Origin: a virus
Direction: 5' to 3' (one strand)
DNA: 64,000 nt
IMG/VR virus record: IMGVR_UViG_3300027985_000891
Location: 1-64,000 of that record
Under the pieces are notes generated by a model. That model had not been told where the DNA came from. It did no database searches and saw only the letters and a program-made list of their open reading frames with translations. A program made the position numbers and the translations under genes. How positions within the stretch are numbered: the first letter of the stretch is position 1; every line of letters starts with the position of its first letter. Below, in pieces: positions 10,801-19,595 of this stretch.

Positions 10801-13800
10801 ATGTTCTCTACTTTCTCACGATTAACCATGAAGTCAATACCTCGATCGATCCATCGTACACTATCAATCATATTCTCCGGTAGATCCCGGGCAATGAATT
10901 GTTCTTGTAAGAACTTCTGTACTTCAGGCAGCTTCTCTTTAGATATTTTAAAGAACCTTTCTCCTCCTACTTCCTCTTCTTCTAAACCCAACCTCTTAAT
11001 CAACTGCATAGTACCAGTAGTTTGTCTGGCTTTGTTGAGCTTTCTCAACTCATTGATCTGCCTGTAAGTAGCAGATTCTGCCAGTCTATCGGTCTGAGAG
11101 AGTTCCATCCAGTTACGAGCACGATCTCCCTGATCGGGTTGGAAATCAAAAGGTACACCTTGATAGAACAGATTGCTTTCTATTTGCTTTAGAAACTGTG
11201 TACCACTGGAAACATTACTCTTTTGTTTAGGAGAATTATTAACCTGAATACCCCAGTATTCATACGAAGTATCTTGTGTCAATAGAACATCATCTTTAAT
11301 ATTTCCCTCTGTATCATACATACTCTGGATCCCAGGGAGAGAGGGATTGTTTGCATCACCCAATCTGGTACCTAACTTGTTACCTGTAGAGAACACTAAG
11401 ATGCCAATCTTTTGTTTGTTCATCTTATCCGCTACCTTCTGTAGATTTCTAGTCTCCACCAGAGATGGTAGCAATGGCAATAATGATAGTTTATAGTAAC
11501 TATTGACGAAGAAATTGCTGTCTTTTATTGGACCGAAATATTGTGGCTTCATCGTTGGAAGAAAGTATCCGTCTTTCTCCACATCTGCCTGGGTAATCTC
11601 TCCTCCTCTAATCTCCTCATATGGACTGTTCTTAGGTCCTATCACTTGATTACCTTTCCATCCTCCTTGGATTTCCCACTGATAAGCAGCTTCTTGCTTC
11701 CAGTTCCATTCCCCTATTCGAAACTTAAACTCACGATACTCATCCAATGAGATGTATCCTTGAGCATCACTCTCTTCAATATCTCCATAAAATCTTTCCA
11801 CTTTAGAAGCAGCAGTAGCTCTGTCATATCTTCGATTAAGTATTTCTTCATAGAGTCCCTGCAATTCAGAGCTTACTTTAGGATCTGCTATCACTGCAGT
11901 ACGAATAATAGGATCTTCTTTGCCTAGCCCATTATCTACTAGGTACCTATTAGTATCCTCATCAATAGCTGGTAGTGTCTTGGTACCAACCATTCCAGAC
12001 ATACGCTTAAAGAAATCATCTAGTGATTTATACTGTGCCGGGTGACCAGTAAATATCTTTGTTTGTTCAATGTTACCAGCAATATAGTTAGACAAAAATA
12101 GCTTGGCAACTGTCTCTATTGGAAAATCCTTATACTCATGTAGTAATTTATCTCCAGCATCATCTGCTATTCTGGTTTCCCTAAAAGCAGGAATGATCCT
12201 TTTGTTTAATGTCTCTTGAAACCATTGAGTCATTCTATCTACTACTACCGGATTGTAAATGAACTCATCCAGTGTAATTTCTTCCAACACAAAATCTTCT
12301 ATGAGTGGTATGACTTCTGGTGAAGATAGTATAGACAACAGAATGCCTGACTGTATCAACTTCACATGATCGGGAGTTAAGGTGCCATCTTCAATAGCTG
12401 CTTGATAGTATTTAGGATAGCTGTCCAATCTAAGGTTGTTACCAAGATTATTCCATATGGAATAGTTCTGAGTATTACCTACATTGGCATCCTTTAATAC
12501 AATAGCTTCACTCTTTAGATACTCCAGTAACATATTCACCGGTGCACTGATACCCAGGTCATTATTGATATCTACTTCATTAATCGATAGAAACAATCCC
12601 CAGTCAAAGATTCTTTCCTGTTTATTATCAGCAGGTCGCAACATATGATAACGACCACCTAATGTGTTATTTACCTGAGCTATGAAGTTATCCTGGTAAT
12701 GGGTCTTTTGAAACTCTCGAGATCCGGAGTCTGCTGTACCCAGTCCCTCAAGTATATGTGTTTCCAACTGCTGGCCAGAAGCTAACTTTTTAAGTATGAT
12801 ACTGTCTGCAGAGTACGGATTGTTTAAATGTGGAAAACGATCGTAGATCATAGTGAGACCATCCTCCGGGCTTAATCCTAGAAACTTGATCTCTTCTGCT
12901 ATTTTATTAAGTTCATTATTGACATACTTATGATAGGTATACTGACTATTATCATATCGAGTCTTACCATTATATGCAATGTGTGAGTTTTCAATAGCAT
13001 CCAGTGTAGTTTGATAAGCTATTTCTATAATGTTATTAATCCGACCCTGAACATTTGACGGTTCCCATATCGTTACAGTTTGACCTGCTTCCGGATCGAA
13101 CACTTCAATCTCCCGTCCTCGATAAGGATTATATCCTTTCCGTACATAGTCTGCTACCCAGGTCATATGTTCTGCAAACTCTGTTCGAGTACGATCATCC
13201 ATTAAATATGCACCAGGTAAATCTATACCTATAGCTGCAGCTTGTGCAAGGGCTTCATCATATGTGAGAAGACCACCTGAGTCCAACTTTGCAGCTGTCT
13301 CCTGTAGAATAATTGGTGTAAAGTTCGCATCCCAGTCATTCATCATTTTCCTACGTTGACCGGCAGTAGATACTTTGATGTAACTATGTGCTCCTCCTCT
13401 GTCCACAATGATTCGACTGAATAGATCTCTACCTTTAGAGAAGGCCTGGAAGAACTGCATCTTTCGTTGCATTTGAGATGCAGTCAACCGGTTGGAAGGT
13501 ACATTGAGATGAAAGTATTTGTTCAATAAAGTAGTGGCAGGCATCATGCGTATCAGTTCCTCTACTTGTTCGTTCATCTCGTCTATCGAAGTGGTATTAG
13601 CCAGTTTATTGGATAGAATACTGAACATCTTACTGAAGTCTTCATACACTTCAAACTCTAAATCATTTTGTTCAATATTACCTTCCCGGTCGACTTTTGG
13701 AATGATTGACAGCCAGAGCTTGACTTGATTAGAGACAGTCTTCTTTCCACTAACCTCTCCACTGACTTCACTCCATTGATTGTCCATATCAATACCTTCT

Positions 13801-16800
13801 ACATCTTCCTCAGTGTCAGGAAGTTCCGGTATATCTATGTCAACTCGTAATTGCGATAGATGTTCCTGGTGCATTTCAACCACACTAGGACCTTCAGACG
13901 TATAAAAGTTATCCAGGATCCATTCACGTGCTTCCAGCAATTTAAAGCCATGAGCATACTGATAGGAATCTTCTGGTATTTTGTCAAGAGCAGCATACAA
14001 TTGGTCTACTTGCTCTTGGATATTTCCTCGTACATTTTCATAGAGACTCTTTAATAAACTACCATCAATAGTATTAGAGATGATCTCTTCCATTAACTGT
14101 CCTTCCGGAATACTTTCCCAGAACATATAGTTGATACCTTCTACCACATCTCGTGAGAATGTTGCATCTTTATCTTTAAAGGATCTATTCTTATCTTCAT
14201 GTATCCGGCTAAAGTCTGGCTTGAACTTTGAATAGTATCCATTATTAATATTTTCAAAGACTTCATGTATCGTTACGGGTTGTATGCCAAGTATCCATTT
14301 AAGGAAATTGAGGAGCCTTGCAAAGAAATTAGGCGTCTTCTTGCCGTAAATTGTTTCTCCGGTAAGGACGAAGTCCCTAAATGCCTCGGCAAGTACCTCT
14401 TCTATTTCACTATCGTTCAAGCTCGTATCACCGGTCGTCTTACGATAGTCGTCCAGGACGTTGCGAACTTCCCGCGGCGATAGATAGAGTCCCATGACTG
14501 CGTGAAAAGCTTCATGATAGGTTGTACCTATTTCTGCTGAAGGATCAATGAGTACCTCTCCCTGGGATGTGAATCGTCCCCAGGCTCCGGACTTAGCCAG
14601 ATCATATGCTACTTTAAAAGGTACACCTGGAAAACGTTCTTCAAACCATGCCTGTGCTTGATTTAGATCCTCATAAATAAAGTTACTACCATACTGTACA
14701 GTACGATTTTTGGATCCAAACTTCTTCTTAGGAATGAAGTTAGACTTACCAAATGCTTTTTTTGCCTCAGCTTCAGGTATGACAGTAGGTTTAGGATCGG
14801 CATCAGGCGTTGCTGTAAATTCTCCACCTATTTCTCCTAGTGCATCATTCATAGCTGCCATCATAGCAGCATCTAGCACAGGTGATCCGGGTGTTTTCTT
14901 TGTTCGGGTAGCCGGTTTAGGCTTCGATTGACGTCCGGTCGGGACTTTGGTACTTGTTTTCCCTGGTACTTCATCATAACCAGGATTGCTATAATCAAAA
15001 TATACATTACTGTTTTTCTTCTGAGGTTGGGAAACGTCATCCGTGTATTTTGGTAATGTTGATTCTAATACAGCCAGGTCCGGGTTAAGCAAATAGTCTT
15101 TATAACTTGGATGCTTGTTAAAGGTGAATTTCTTATTAGCTTCGCTCCATGCTACTTGGGTGTATTCTCCTGTCTCACTTGTACTACGTACTTGATGATA
15201 TTGTTTATCTAACCACTCTCTTAAAGCTGGTTCAGATTCGACCAGATCTTTTAAATCCATAGGACCAAGTCCTTCAAGATACATTTGCCCTGTAAACTTA
15301 TCTGTTCTAAGATCTGTCTTCTCGTAAATATATCCTCCTGTGTTGTTAACTGTTTCAGGTGAATAATGAAGATATTCCTTTAGTACTTCTTTGATAGTTC
15401 TTTTACCAAGTTCATCCAAACGAACTTCAAAAGGATTCTTCTCATAGGATAGCTCATTGGCTTTCTTCAATAGCTCAATGATTGTGTTCTTCTCCTGTTC
15501 ATTTAATTGACGAGGATATACTTGATTGATCTGACCAGATAATAGATCTCTCAGATATACTGTACCAGGAGTTACACTAAAGTTCCTCCCTTGAAATACC
15601 AATTGGTTTTTCTTAGCAACAACTATCTCACTTTTCTGAGGATTAATCACTGTTCCTATGGCAGGCTTTCGAGTATCTTCTATAGGCCTACCTACAGACT
15701 TGGACGTGGCATTTAAATAAACAGCAGTATTGGCATTGAGATTCTCTACAATAGCTTCACGAGCCTTCATGAATCTCTTCTTGGATTCTTCTAATTCTTC
15801 CGGTGTACCATCATAACGTTCACCATTATTATATATAGTATTGGTATTTCCATCCGGAAAGGTTGTAAAGATTCCATAGTTAAGTACATCTATTGGATTC
15901 TCTGATTGTATCTGCTCACGATAAAGATTGACCGGTCGTTTCTCATTGTCTACAATGACAGCAAAAATCATATTGTTGACCGTCTCTTCATATTTATCTC
16001 CGAGACTATCTCTAAGTCTTTGTTTCTCTACATCTGTCAGTAGTACACTCCACTCTGTAGGTTTGCCATTAATAGCATAAGGTACCAGTTTGACATAGAG
16101 TTTATTACCGGTAAAAGAAGTAGTCTCTACAAATTTGAAGTACCGTTGATGGTGTTCAAGATCTGTAATGGTATCTCCATCAAAGTGTCTACCTCTCAGA
16201 AAATTAAATGCATCCTGAGCTGATTTTTTAGGATTAAACTCTGAAGTCTTTAGGTTGTTTCGTACATCTTCTCCTTTGTCTACCTTTTGTGTATTTTTTT
16301 TAGGATATGCTATACGTTCTATTTCATCCAGATCGGCGAGCTCCTTATTAATGGGTTCGATCTGTTGCAATAGTTGATTGACATCATCTTTGTGTTTTTG
16401 CAACAAACGATCATACTGCTCTTTCTTTCTAGCCTGCTTGACAAGCTCATTGATGTCATCATCATTTAACTTCTCCGCTCTGGAAAGGACATCATTAATA
16501 TATGCTTGATCGTTTAGTTTGTCTTTGGGAACGTCAAAGAACTTTAAAAGATCTTCAGTGATCTCATCTACTTTCTTTTGAATATCGTTACGATTAGCTA
16601 TAGCTTCAGCTATTAACCATCTTAATCCCTTGGTATTGTCACTTCCATCCAGGATGGCATTTAACTCATTCTGCCGGTTAACTAGATTCTCACCGGCAAT
16701 ATCATCCATTTGATTCTTATAATACTGAATGTCCTGATCCGCTTGTTCTACATCTGCTTGAATCTTATTCAGCTCAGCTTCGATAGGTTGCAGGTCAGCA

Positions 16801-19595
16801 TTGACCTCCTGTAATCGGGCATAATGTTTCTTGGGTTGAAATTGTTTTTGCCGGAAGTCGCGCTGTATCTCATTATAAATCTCCCTCAATGCTACAGCAT
16901 CATCTCCCAGCTTTTTAGTCTGAGCAGCAAGACTTCTTTTATGAGCTTGCAGTTGATCGATCTTCTTGCCAAAGAACTCTTCAGCAGCTGACTCAAATTT
17001 CTTTGCTTTCTTCCTAAAAGCTTCTCGATCCAGTTTGGTTGGCTGATTAAGGGATGCCAACTCTATTTCATTAGATCGCATCTTATCTTTAATCTTCTCT
17101 ATTTGTGTAAGAAGATTATCCATTCCTCTAATGGTTAAAGCATCTTCTGTTCTCCCGGTTAATGTCTCAGCCAAACGGTTATAAGTTGCTTCATGATTAG
17201 CTAATGCATTAGCCAGTCTGACATTGTCATCTGCCAGTTCTTTTTTCTTTTCTTTAATAGCACCTTGCTCCCGTTTATTTTGATAAATAGTATCATCCAA
17301 TATCCGGTATCCATTGTTTTGCATCCACTCCATTAACTCATAGCGACTAAATCCTTTACCGTTATTGTTGTTTTGATTAGTCTGAAGTAATGCTCCTATC
17401 TCTTCTTTCTTAGCTTGCTCTACTGCTCTCTCTTTACGAGTTAAAGCTTCTCCTCCATTCTTTATCTTATTAGCTACTTGTGCCAGTCTTCCATCCGATA
17501 TCGTACCAGATTTGGTAAACTTTTCATACTCCTCATCTGTAAAAGGATCTGTAGTAGCAGGTAGATCAGGATTGCCAGTCTTCTTCAACATAAACTTATC
17601 TTCCATTGCGGCAATGTCCCACTGATCATTATCCTTGGCCAGGACTACTCCTTCTCCCAGGAAATTAGATAGATACTCTTCATATTCTTTACGTTCTTCA
17701 CCTTTTTTCTTATCTATCTCTTGCAGTAATTTAAGTTGACCGGCATCTGTCTTAACTAAGGCTACTGCTTTTTTAAGTTCTTTTAATTTAAGATCAGCTT
17801 TTTCTATATCTCGAATGGTATTCCTGATCTTGTCATCGGCACTAGTACTCAGTAGATTACGTAAATCAGTATCACTTAAGTTTTTAGGATGTTCTTTAAT
17901 GGCAGTTTCCAACTCAGACTTGACCTGTTCTCTTCTGGCTTTGTAAGCTCTCTCATCACCATCAAACTCACTTCTCATTTGACCTGAATCATAGAGTGTA
18001 TTCAGATCATATAGTCTCTTAAGATCACGTGTATCAGAAGGTAACTCTGATTCACTCTGTTGACCTATAGTTGTATCATAGTCATTTAACAGCTTGTCTT
18101 TAAGTTTGGAAGTTTGCTTAAGATCCCAGGCATCAAGAATCATCTGAGTCTTGAGTTGTCGATTGGTATCTTCTATATTCTCAAACTTTTCCTTACGAGT
18201 ATAGTCAGGCCTGTTCTGTACCCGGTTAAAGATCTCCTCGAACTCAGGTATCTGTTCAAGATATCTTTGAACTTTAGCATGCTCATCTCCATCTGTTTCT
18301 TCTAATCTTGCTTTGAGCATATTCTCCATCTCTGACATCGTTCCACGTGAAGCGTGTTGGAATGCCATAGACATGAACTTTTTATCCCGGTAGTAGTCTG
18401 ACTTCGTTTCATCCCCCAGGGAGGCGAGCTGCTCCATCATGTTAGCTTCCTCCTTTACCTTATCTATACCCATGATTTTATCATAGGCATAGCTTATTCC
18501 ATCCATGGCAACAGGCATAGCCATACCAGTCACTGCACCTAAGAATGCTGATGTCCAGAGTTCTTCATTTCTTGCATAGTCACTAAAACGCTCACTTATA
18601 CCCTTTCCCCAAATAGCTCCTGGTTCAATTGTACCCTCAGCTATACCTTTAGCTTCTTCACTGGTAATAAATTGATATGCTTCTTCTGCTCCTTCAAAAG
18701 GTGCCTGCTTAAGTCCCTCCAGAAATACATTGGACTTGGTCTTACTTCGAGAGAAGACAGAAGCAAGTGCTTTATTTCCTGCACCAAATAGAAAAGCATA
18801 CTGAAAGAAATCAGTGGCGAGTAGTGCAGTATTATCTCTGTAAGACTTAGCAGCTCCTTCTCCTGCAGCTTCTTCACTTAATCCTTGTCGTATAAGCTCA
18901 TCATAAGTTTGATTTGCTTCCATCAGTGACTCGGCATGTCGAGAAGTAATAGCTGCCGCCATGCCCTGGGTTGCTATCTTAGCTGTTTGAGATATACGAG
19001 CCGCTTTAAGTGCAGTACCTGCAGCCTTACCTACGAATCCAGAAGGTATCATAAGAGATAAGGCAGTTCCAACTGTGCCAGAGTTCTTAGCCCACCATCT
19101 ACCAGATAGTGGGTTGAACCCTTCACTCCATGGACTATCATAAACAGGAGCTATATCTTCGGAAATAGTTTGCTTTGCTTCTCGAGCCCAGCGACTCAAT
19201 TCATTGTCAAACTCTTTAGTCCCTTCACTCCATGCTTCAGTCCAGTTGGGTATATCTGCCAAATATCCCACAGCTTCAATAGTACCTAATACAATTTCAG
19301 AACCTATCTGAGTAATCGCATTACCAAGCAACTCCATGGGTCCTTGATTATGTGCTGCAAAATACTCTCGATTATGTATAGTAGGAATATAGCCTTTAAG
19401 ATCATTTGTAAGTCTACCTTGAAACAAAGGATTAGACTGTAATTGTGCATGAGTCTCAGGTTTATCACCTTTCATTACACCATACAGCATTTGTGCATCT
19501 TCAGGATTTAAACCTACTATATCATTCTGTGTAATAGGATCAATAGTTCCTGACTTTAGCACACCTTCAAGAGGTGGAAGATTTTCTAAAGGCAT
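7833..19595 (-). CDS. Virion-packaged DNA-dependent RNA polymerase polyprotein (crAss-like two-barrel RNAP) with zincin-like domain
   Basis: 3920 aa. GFRIPTQG...AGSDFDFDKMF catalytic DxDxD near 10332-10346; upstream DAQGY and KPQYFG motifs; YHEAFH...EEVLAEAF zincin motif near 14502-14516; N-terminal Gly/Ala-rich and coiled-coil regions. Confidence 0.92.
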   Translation of the reverse strand: MPLENLPPLEGVLKSGTIDPITQNDIVGLNPEDAQMLYGVMKGDKPETHAQLQSNPLFQGRLTNDLKGYIPTIHNREYFAAHNQGPMELLGNAITQIGSEIVLGTIEAVGYLADIPNWTEAWSEGTKEFDNELSRWAREAKQTISEDIAPVYDSPWSEGFNPLSGRWWAKNSGTVGTALSLMIPSGFVGKAAGTALKAARISQTAKIATQGMAAAITSRHAESLMEANQTYDELIRQGLSEEAAGEGAAKSYRDNTALLATDFFQYAFLFGAGNKALASVFSRSKTKSNVFLEGLKQAPFEGAEEAYQFITSEEAKGIAEGTIEPGAIWGKGISERFSDYARNEELWTSAFLGAVTGMAMPVAMDGISYAYDKIMGIDKVKEEANMMEQLASLGDETKSDYYRDKKFMSMAFQHASRGTMSEMENMLKARLEETDGDEHAKVQRYLEQIPEFEEIFNRVQNRPDYTRKEKFENIEDTNRQLKTQMILDAWDLKQTSKLKDKLLNDYDTTIGQQSESELPSDTRDLKRLYDLNTLYDSGQMRSEFDGDERAYKARREQVKSELETAIKEHPKNLSDTDLRNLLSTSADDKIRNTIRDIEKADLKLKELKKAVALVKTDAGQLKLLQEIDKKKGEERKEYEEYLSNFLGEGVVLAKDNDQWDIAAMEDKFMLKKTGNPDLPATTDPFTDEEYEKFTKSGTISDGRLAQVANKIKNGGEALTRKERAVEQAKKEEIGALLQTNQNNNNGKGFSRYELMEWMQNNGYRILDDTIYQNKREQGAIKEKKKELADDNVRLANALANHEATYNRLAETLTGRTEDALTIRGMDNLLTQIEKIKDKMRSNEIELASLNQPTKLDREAFRKKAKKFESAAEEFFGKKIDQLQAHKRSLAAQTKKLGDDAVALREIYNEIQRDFRQKQFQPKKHYARLQEVNADLQPIEAELNKIQADVEQADQDIQYYKNQMDDIAGENLVNRQNELNAILDGSDNTKGLRWLIAEAIANRNDIQKKVDEITEDLLKFFDVPKDKLNDQAYINDVLSRAEKLNDDDINELVKQARKKEQYDRLLQKHKDDVNQLLQQIEPINKELADLDEIERIAYPKKNTQKVDKGEDVRNNLKTSEFNPKKSAQDAFNFLRGRHFDGDTITDLEHHQRYFKFVETTSFTGNKLYVKLVPYAINGKPTEWSVLLTDVEKQRLRDSLGDKYEETVNNMIFAVIVDNEKRPVNLYREQIQSENPIDVLNYGIFTTFPDGNTNTIYNNGERYDGTPEELEESKKRFMKAREAIVENLNANTAVYLNATSKSVGRPIEDTRKPAIGTVINPQKSEIVVAKKNQLVFQGRNFSVTPGTVYLRDLLSGQINQVYPRQLNEQEKNTIIELLKKANELSYEKNPFEVRLDELGKRTIKEVLKEYLHYSPETVNNTGGYIYEKTDLRTDKFTGQMYLEGLGPMDLKDLVESEPALREWLDKQYHQVRSTSETGEYTQVAWSEANKKFTFNKHPSYKDYLLNPDLAVLESTLPKYTDDVSQPQKKNSNVYFDYSNPGYDEVPGKTSTKVPTGRQSKPKPATRTKKTPGSPVLDAAMMAAMNDALGEIGGEFTATPDADPKPTVIPEAEAKKAFGKSNFIPKKKFGSKNRTVQYGSNFIYEDLNQAQAWFEERFPGVPFKVAYDLAKSGAWGRFTSQGEVLIDPSAEIGTTYHEAFHAVMGLYLSPREVRNVLDDYRKTTGDTSLNDSEIEEVLAEAFRDFVLTGETIYGKKTPNFFARLLNFLKWILGIQPVTIHEVFENINNGYYSKFKPDFSRIHEDKNRSFKDKDATFSRDVVEGINYMFWESIPEGQLMEEIISNTIDGSLLKSLYENVRGNIQEQVDQLYAALDKIPEDSYQYAHGFKLLEAREWILDNFYTSEGPSVVEMHQEHLSQLRVDIDIPELPDTEEDVEGIDMDNQWSEVSGEVSGKKTVSNQVKLWLSIIPKVDREGNIEQNDLEFEVYEDFSKMFSILSNKLANTTSIDEMNEQVEELIRMMPATTLLNKYFHLNVPSNRLTASQMQRKMQFFQAFSKGRDLFSRIIVDRGGAHSYIKVSTAGQRRKMMNDWDANFTPIILQETAAKLDSGGLLTYDEALAQAAAIGIDLPGAYLMDDRTRTEFAEHMTWVADYVRKGYNPYRGREIEVFDPEAGQTVTIWEPSNVQGRINNIIEIAYQTTLDAIENSHIAYNGKTRYDNSQYTYHKYVNNELNKIAEEIKFLGLSPEDGLTMIYDRFPHLNNPYSADSIILKKLASGQQLETHILEGLGTADSGSREFQKTHYQDNFIAQVNNTLGGRYHMLRPADNKQERIFDWGLFLSINEVDINNDLGISAPVNMLLEYLKSEAIVLKDANVGNTQNYSIWNNLGNNLRLDSYPKYYQAAIEDGTLTPDHVKLIQSGILLSILSSPEVIPLIEDFVLEEITLDEFIYNPVVVDRMTQWFQETLNKRIIPAFRETRIADDAGDKLLHEYKDFPIETVAKLFLSNYIAGNIEQTKIFTGHPAQYKSLDDFFKRMSGMVGTKTLPAIDEDTNRYLVDNGLGKEDPIIRTAVIADPKVSSELQGLYEEILNRRYDRATAASKVERFYGDIEESDAQGYISLDEYREFKFRIGEWNWKQEAAYQWEIQGGWKGNQVIGPKNSPYEEIRGGEITQADVEKDGYFLPTMKPQYFGPIKDSNFFVNSYYKLSLLPLLPSLVETRNLQKVADKMNKQKIGILVFSTGNKLGTRLGDANNPSLPGIQSMYDTEGNIKDDVLLTQDTSYEYWGIQVNNSPKQKSNVSSGTQFLKQIESNLFYQGVPFDFQPDQGDRARNWMELSQTDRLAESATYRQINELRKLNKARQTTGTMQLIKRLGLEEEEVGGERFFKISKEKLPEVQKFLQEQFIARDLPENMIDSVRWIDRGIDFMVNREKVENILFSISDKMTVSQKKHGKSSVQVSSTFFELEGKRNYENGKFKSSDLKFYDVEYKVGNKTYTQEEWNELKDKPEEYETKVGAMEVYLPHYFKEMLGQQVDLQSLDKRLLQAIGFRIPTQGLNSIENIRIKGFLPAQSGDIVVVPSEVIAKAGSDFDFDKMFLHFPNYEMINGQPRYIEFTKSPSKIWERRKRSFSLSIPEYASDIDRIEEEYKNDISKAIIGKKISYDLWQQKMLPKLHALGIDVSNINDAINTIQDYSFNRKELIENGLLSSLQEELGFNDELEELNEFLIETSRIRENMRRNKDVIQAAKVKRDNALEQIYEKAFEEFDKLDIYEKNGKKAIENEMLRMHQALLSDYRRFDELINPISTDTFKAQANIINNLKNRDTNPQALYNIVDPTFVINKGIEFQHAKQNIGRAALNATSHILFSQANVYLNLPRGKNIYLSHNSTLQGGQIRPSLAGLKTTDGKHYISDLLSEMINAYVDAAKDPFIFQINGGPISANVMFLLIRLGVPVNDAIAFMNQPIIDDYIKGLAARRSTYLYTTGKTDWKFVDKITNKYKSATKPNAPQKAMKSLTQMRNMIEKVGKGMELNDAEKAAQLAILDQYMMLEDVSDSLRRAIWGTSYDTSAGGKNTGQLMHRLKLTEQTIDEGLLGNYERIFDKGSFLEPFYSSVKDLLDMITPYMVTLNNPGLREQIDKFVSLTMDEFEYEKTIDAMKSDLITYIVHRQLDLKGRNSLINSFQTIDGVKVRNSTVPKRVQDYKAQVARGDAAPNEFIEALSVKLAIKDPFTGQTIDNLSINSGSKIDKEDSDIYTKEWERLMITHPTLATELGEFLWLQSGLQNSPINFIDLMPNAIYADIMHRSLQGLEQNSKAFQNFYHEFFLNNSQFFKSVGSVRAIKDSWPAYKVTDSRGMVPDTKYYFNRQLLSKDKMGTVRNFRNDSTKKYFPDADFSEYVKKKSQNYPKPAPTESRRSEVDDILNKEDCGM

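Noticed and set aside
7833-19595. Intein or intron explaining the RNAP length
   Set aside because: Continuous ORF; no intein terminal motifs or LAGLIDADG/HNH signature recognised.
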